IMG/VR virus record: IMGVR_UViG_3300021963_000097
Coordinates: 9,141-73,140 of that record
Length of the DNA stretch: 64,000 bases
Origin: a virus
Reading direction: 5' to 3' (one strand)
Translations under genes and position numbers: made by a program
Shown: positions 60,816 to 64,000 of the stretch, in pieces
How the letters are laid out: the number at the start of each line of letters is the position of its first letter
Numbering within the stretch: the stretch's first letter is position 1
The notes under the pieces: generated by a model
Database searches by the model: none
Seen by the model: the letters and a program-made list of their open reading frames with translations, nothing else
What the model was told of the DNA's origin: nothing

Positions 60816-60891
60816 TGGTACCAGGTGAGGGACTCGAACCCCCGGTGGGCACGATGTAAACGTGCTGCATTAGCCACTATGCTAACCTGGC
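60816..60891 (-). tRNA. tRNA-Val(UAC)
   Basis: Anticodon arm GCACG-TTTACAT-CGTGC; GGTTCGAGTCC; CCA. Confidence 0.92.
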
Positions 60892-60924
60892 AAAAAAAAA
60901 CCCGACTTAGTTTCCTAAATCGGG
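60892..60924 (-). terminator. Rho-independent terminator
   Basis: CCCGATTTAG-GAAA-CTAAGTCGGG followed by T9 on the minus strand. Confidence 0.85.
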
Positions 60925-60933
60925 CGTAGGTTG

Positions 60934-61044
60934 CTACTTTGTATATGTCAGCTGTGGTCTATTATATTCGCTACACGCGAGACTAATAAGACCGGCAACC
61001 GCGCTATACGATACTACCGTTACGATAATAATCATATGTTGCAT
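60934..61044 (-). CDS. Putative 36-aa single-TM peptide (or structured RNA)
   Basis: MQHMIIIVTVVSYSAVAGLISLACSEYNRPQLTYTK; SD AGAAGGA; own promoter and terminator. Confidence 0.45.
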   Translation of the reverse strand: MQHMIIIVTVVSYSAVAGLISLACSEYNRPQLTYTK

Positions 61045-61121
61045 TGTCCTTCTTGTTAGAACCGCCACCACTAAGGTTTTGGTTATTGCCCAGATAATGT
61101 CACTGGGCCTAATACTTATAT

Positions 61122-61149
61122 ATGATAAAACCTATTACTACATTATCAA
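61122..61149 (-). promoter_or_regulatory. Sigma70-like promoter TTGATA-N16-TATCAT
   Basis: Matches the recurrent architecture; followed by TAAGTA. Confidence 0.55.
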
Positions 61150-61193
61150 CCATATTACTTTCCTATAGCATATATAGGGATATCCTTAAATAG

Positions 61194-61359
61194 TTTCGTA
61201 TTAGAGGTACCGGGCTTGAGCAGTTCCGGCTTGAGAGGTCGCCTTGGCCATACACGACTTTCTCTGACTAATCATAGTGATTATCCTGATGGCCAAGATC
61301 CTCCACCTTTCGGTGCCTACCATGATATGTGTCCTTCCACATCGCCTACTAATACGAAA
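61194..61359 (-). ncRNA. Unidentified structured RNA A (about 166 nt)
   Basis: Terminal stem TTTCGTATTAG/CTAATACGAAA; CACC-GAAA-GGTG and other hairpins. Confidence 0.6.
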
Positions 61360-61360
61360 T

Positions 61361-61520
61361 TGAATTGAACGGGTAGGGTTTGATACCTACTGATGACATT
61401 GATTCTGACCCGCTCTATTAGGTAGTCATCGCTTCGTTTCAGAGGCTCGAGCTAAGGTCGACGTTCACCGAGCTTAATAGAACTTCTCAAGGCTGCATGT
61501 CCATCCACGCTGCCGTTCAA
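61361..61520 (-). ncRNA. tRNA-like structured RNA B (about 160 nt)
   Basis: Acceptor-like stem TTGAACGG/CCGTTCAA, D-like arm GCGT-GGATGGAC-ATGC, T-like arm GTAGG-TATCAAAC-CCTAC. Confidence 0.65.
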
Positions 61521-61522
61521 AT

Positions 61523-61597
61523 TGGGTGCAGAGGTTGGAATTGAACCAACTACCTCCTGGTTATGAGCCAGACGAGCTACCGATGCTCTACTCTGCA
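61523..61597 (-). tRNA. tRNA-Met(CAU), initiator-like
   Basis: TCTGG-CTCATAA-CCAGG; A11:U24 pair and fMet-like body; U1-A72. Confidence 0.85.
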
Positions 61598-61607
61598 ATA
61601 AGTTAGA

Positions 61608-61707
61608 TTCCTCTGCCATACAAGTCCTCCGAGAATTCCCAGAAGATAAGTGCACTTGTATACGTCAACTCTTACATGAGTTAACGGTCTGCATAAACAC
61701 AGAAGAA
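61608..61707 (-). ncRNA. Unidentified structured RNA D (about 100 nt)
   Basis: Closing stem TTCTTCTGT/GCAGAGGAA enclosing two long hairpins. Confidence 0.6.
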
Positions 61708-61709
61708 AT

Positions 61710-62110
61710 TGGTGGACCTGAGGGGAGTTGAACCCCTGTGTTCGGTAACTTTCCGATCAGTTTCTACAAGCTTAGTAGTAATGGTAAGTACTAATATCCT
61801 TACTACGAGATATTAGAATTTTCAGAATAACTATAATATCGTTTTATCTATTCTGATTCTCTTAAACGATATTCTCGCTGGATAACGGTTATAATATATA
61901 GCGAGAATCTACACTATAACCGATCACAGTTATTAGGCTGCGAGTGCGAATGCTTCAGTACCAGGAAAGGAAAAAGATTCCTTAACAGATGCTACAACAC
62001 TCTTGAGGCTTTGAATAATGCCATTTGTTGTTTTTTGCTAGTTTTGAAAGGTCTAACAACCCTGCTTGCTTCTAATAAGTCTATTACTGAATCGAATCCA
62101 GAACAGGCCC
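61710..62110 (-). ncRNA. ssrA: tmRNA
   Basis: 5' GGGCCTGTTCTGGATTCGA, 3' GGTTCAACTCCCCTCAGGTCCACCA, G3:U70 pair, tag frame ending FALAA-TAA-TAA (62022-61933). Confidence 0.93.
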
Positions 62111-62146
62111 AAAATAAAATATGTTAAAGAACGTAAGTATTAACTA

Positions 62147-62557
62147 ATGAATAGTGTAGACTCACTTAATAGTATTTACCAGCTTATTCTTGAAAAAAGA
62201 GTAGATACTGATCCTTCCTCTGCTGAATCATTTGAAAGATTTCTTAATAAGAGATTAGCAGGTGCTGAAAAACTTGCGGAAAGCACTAAGGCTAAAGGCG
62301 GTTACAGCACTTTAACAGCTATACATTATGCAGCTAAAGCTAAGCCTTATGCTGAGTGCATAAAGTTAAATTCTCAACATAAAGAGGATCAGGAAAAGGT
62401 TAATGAACTCTATAAACAAAAAGCTGAAGACGTTTATAATAAGTTAAGTGATCTAGATAGTTTGTCGCAAAAAGAGTTTCAAGCTCTAATGGGCGAGCTC
62501 GAGGTTTATGGCGAGGTTTATATCCGCGCGACTAAACCTGAGAGCCTTAAGATTTAA
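62147..62557 (+). CDS. Hypothetical protein inserted antisense within the RNA cluster
   Basis: LNSIYQLILE N-terminus; TAAGTA 7 nt upstream. Confidence 0.65.
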   Translation: MNSVDSLNSIYQLILEKRVDTDPSSAESFERFLNKRLAGAEKLAESTKAKGGYSTLTAIHYAAKAKPYAECIKLNSQHKEDQEKVNELYKQKAEDVYNKLSDLDSLSQKEFQALMGELEVYGEVYIRATKPESLKI

Positions 62558-62560
62558 TAG

Positions 62561-62636
62561 TGGTGGACCCGACAGGGATCGAACCTGCGACCTTCTGCTT
62601 GCAAAGCAGCTTCTCTACCAACTGAGATACGAGCCC
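62561..62636 (-). tRNA. tRNA-Ala(UGC)
   Basis: Loop TTTGCAA; G3:U70; CCA. Confidence 0.92.
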
Positions 62637-62641
62637 GAAAA

Positions 62642-62718
62642 TGGTGTCCTCGGCGGGATTCAAACCCACGACCCACAGCTTAGAAGGCTGTTGCTCTATT
62701 CAACTGAGCTACAAGGAC
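62642..62718 (-). tRNA. tRNA-Arg(UCU)
   Basis: ACAGC-CTTCTAA-GCTGT; CCA; T-loop TTTGAAT with D-loop GA (variant elbow). Confidence 0.9.
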
Positions 62719-62721
62719 AAG

Positions 62722-62797
62722 TGGAGCGGTAGACAGGGATCGAACCTGCGACATCAAGTTTGGAAAACTCGTTCTCTACCAACTGAGATACTACCGC
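62722..62797 (-). tRNA. tRNA-Gly(UCC)
   Basis: CGAGT-TTTCCAA-ACTTG; U73 discriminator; CCA. Confidence 0.92.
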
Positions 62798-62820
62798 ATT
62801 ATCTAATTTATAATTTCTTT

Positions 62821-62947
62821 AAAATAAAACCCCCTGGCGCCCTCTTTAGGAGGACCCCAGGGCACGTTGTTTTTATTGTGGTAATCCGTTAGTCTTCCCA
62901 CAAGTTGTCAACTCCTACTGTAACTCATTTAAACAGGATCAGCATGA
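62821..62947 (-). ncRNA. Candidate small RNA or attenuator leader E
   Basis: Promoter TTGCCT-N16-TATAAT (62981-62954), internal hairpins, GC-rich terminator-like stem followed by TTTTATTTT. Confidence 0.45.
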
Positions 62948-62999
62948 TAACTTATTATATTATTGTTACTAATTAAGGCAAGAGAATTTTGCCTTAAAA

Positions 63000-63091
63000 T
63001 GGTAGTCGTGCTCGGACTTGAACCGAGACTCGGCGCCAATCTAGCGCGCACAGTTTATAAGGCTGTCGGTGCTACATTACACTACACGACC
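63000..63091 (-). tRNA. tRNA with UAU anticodon (Ile) and long variable arm
   Basis: GGTCGTG/CACGACT-ACCA; ACAGC-CTTATAA-ACTGT; about 22-nt variable arm; CTCGG-TTCAAGT-CCGAG. Confidence 0.8.
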
Positions 63092-63096
63092 AAAAT

Positions 63097-63357
63097 TGGT
63101 GGGCGGTAAGGGATTCGAACCCCTAACCAAAGGATTATGCTTACCACTATAGTTTTCACTACCTTTACAGTTTGTGGTCTGGACTATGCCTTTACCATTT
63201 TACAGGTAGCTGATTATAGTCTCTACACGTTTCATTACGATTTCGCTCGGCGTTGGGATGTTAAACCGTTCACCGAATTTACAGCTTACTACTGTAACGT
63301 TTCCATTACAGCGACCCTTAATTAAGTCCTCTGCTCTAACCGTTGAGCTAACCGCCC
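63097..63357 (-). tRNA. tRNA-Ile2/Met(CAU) interrupted by a group I intron (exons 63357-63325 and 63139-63097)
   Basis: Spliced: GGGCGGTTAGCTCAACGGTTAGAGCAGAGGACT^CATAATCCTTTGGTTAGGGGTTCGAATCCCTTACCGCCCACCA; G1-C72, ileX-like body. Confidence 0.9.
63140..63324 (-). mobile_element. Group I intron, 185 nt, ORF-less
   Basis: P1 with U.G at the splice site (GACU/GGUC); P AAATTCGGTGAA, Q AACGCCGAGC, R GTAGAGACTA, S AAGGCATAGTCC; terminal G. Confidence 0.9.
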
Positions 63358-63378
63358 GTATTTAAAAGAACAAGACAT

Positions 63379-63406
63379 ATAGTAACTCTTTAACTGTAAA
63401 CATCAA
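63379..63406 (-). promoter_or_regulatory. Sigma70-like promoter TTGATG-N16-TACTAT upstream of the tRNA cluster
   Basis: Recurrent 16-bp-spacer architecture. Confidence 0.6.
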
Positions 63407-63423
63407 GAGTAAATTATTATTTT

Positions 63424-64000
63424 TTACTCTTTCCACGTCTGCCTATTATAATAAGATGCTACGATCGGCAAGATTGTAATATCTCTGCCAGATTCATAGG
63501 TTAAAATCCGTATTTCTGAAGCAAAATAACCGTCTCCACGATAGATCGGCCAGTATCTTAAGGGCCCTACTGCCTTTCTACGTACTAAAAACTGTCCATT
63601 ATCGATTTTTTGTATAGCTATATTAAAAATGCCGTCTACATAGCGAATTTCTCGGTTTTCTTGCTGTTGTCCTACTACAATCATATCGCATTTTGGAGAG
63701 TAGGTATGAGGCTCGACCAAATTAAAGTTTATATGCATTAAATTATCATCATCTAGTACATAAACCCATTGACCTTGATCGGGTATTACATCGTAGTAGT
63801 AATTAACCCCGGTATGCATTGACATATGTCCCGGTTTTACAATAATTGTCGTGTTTTTATATTTGGTAAAATTGAGAGAAAGCGCTTTATCTGCTGTAGT
63901 TACAATATACCACTGGTAATTTATGTTAAGCGCTTTAATAGACTCATATGCCCGATCAATAAAGTCGGGAGTACGAGACAAACAGGTAACAATATGTATC
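63424..64000 (-). CDS. GT-A (GT2-like) glycosyltransferase, 5' truncated by window edge
   Basis: Frame open to the edge (IHIVTCLSRTP); WVYVLDDDN, ID.GQF, GDG.F motifs. Confidence 0.7.
   Translation of the reverse strand, partial: IHIVTCLSRTPDFIDRAYESIKALNINYQWYIVTTADKALSLNFTKYKNTTIIVKPGHMSMHTGVNYYYDVIPDQGQWVYVLDDDNLMHINFNLVEPHTYSPKCDMIVVGQQQENREIRYVDGIFNIAIQKIDNGQFLVRRKAVGPLRYWPIYRGDGYFASEIRILTYESGRDITILPIVASYYNRQTWKE

Noticed and set aside
61194-61359. RNase P, SRP or 6S identity for RNA A (GAGAAAGTCG resembles the RNase P CR-I motif)
   Set aside because: P4 pairing cannot be formed, the SRP loop motif is absent, and the fold is branched rather than a 6S-like rod
61452-63325. Track ORFs 61452-61655, 62508-62732, 62641-62892 and 63137-63325
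   Set aside because: They overlap tRNA genes, structured RNAs or the intron; no coding signals
1-64000. Stop-codon reassignment (as in some large phages)
   Set aside because: Core genes are full-length in the standard code, coding density is high, and no suppressor tRNA is present in this window

Overview
This window is a fragment of a large, AT-rich T4-like (contractile-tailed) bacteriophage genome in the standard genetic code. Left to right it contains: small putative internal-head proteins plus ferredoxin and FeoA; terminase large subunit; a scaffold-like protein; a gp14-like neck protein; seven fiber genes built on an unusual (Ser-Gly-Tyr/Phe/Trp/Ile)n repeat, three of them fused to Gly-Pro-X collagen and an S74 chaperone; Fe(II)/2-oxoglutarate oxygenases; two nucleotidyltransferase genes; the sheath/tube/baseplate module; a glycosyltransferase cluster with two GT60-like GlcNAc transferases; guaC; a GT11; and an outer-membrane beta-barrel. 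The right end is a minus-strand RNA-gene region with 8 tRNAs, a tmRNA and several unannotated structured RNAs. Four things stand out. (1) A candidate phage-encoded fiber hydroxylation/O-glycosylation pathway. (2) A 185-nt group I intron in tRNA-Ile2(CAU) next to a long-variable-arm tRNA(UAU). (3) An abutting array of tmRNA, tRNA and three unexplained structured RNAs, one with a tRNA-like elbow. (4) Apparently leaderless expression from two tightly spaced promoter classes. All family assignments come from motif recognition by eye; no database search was run.
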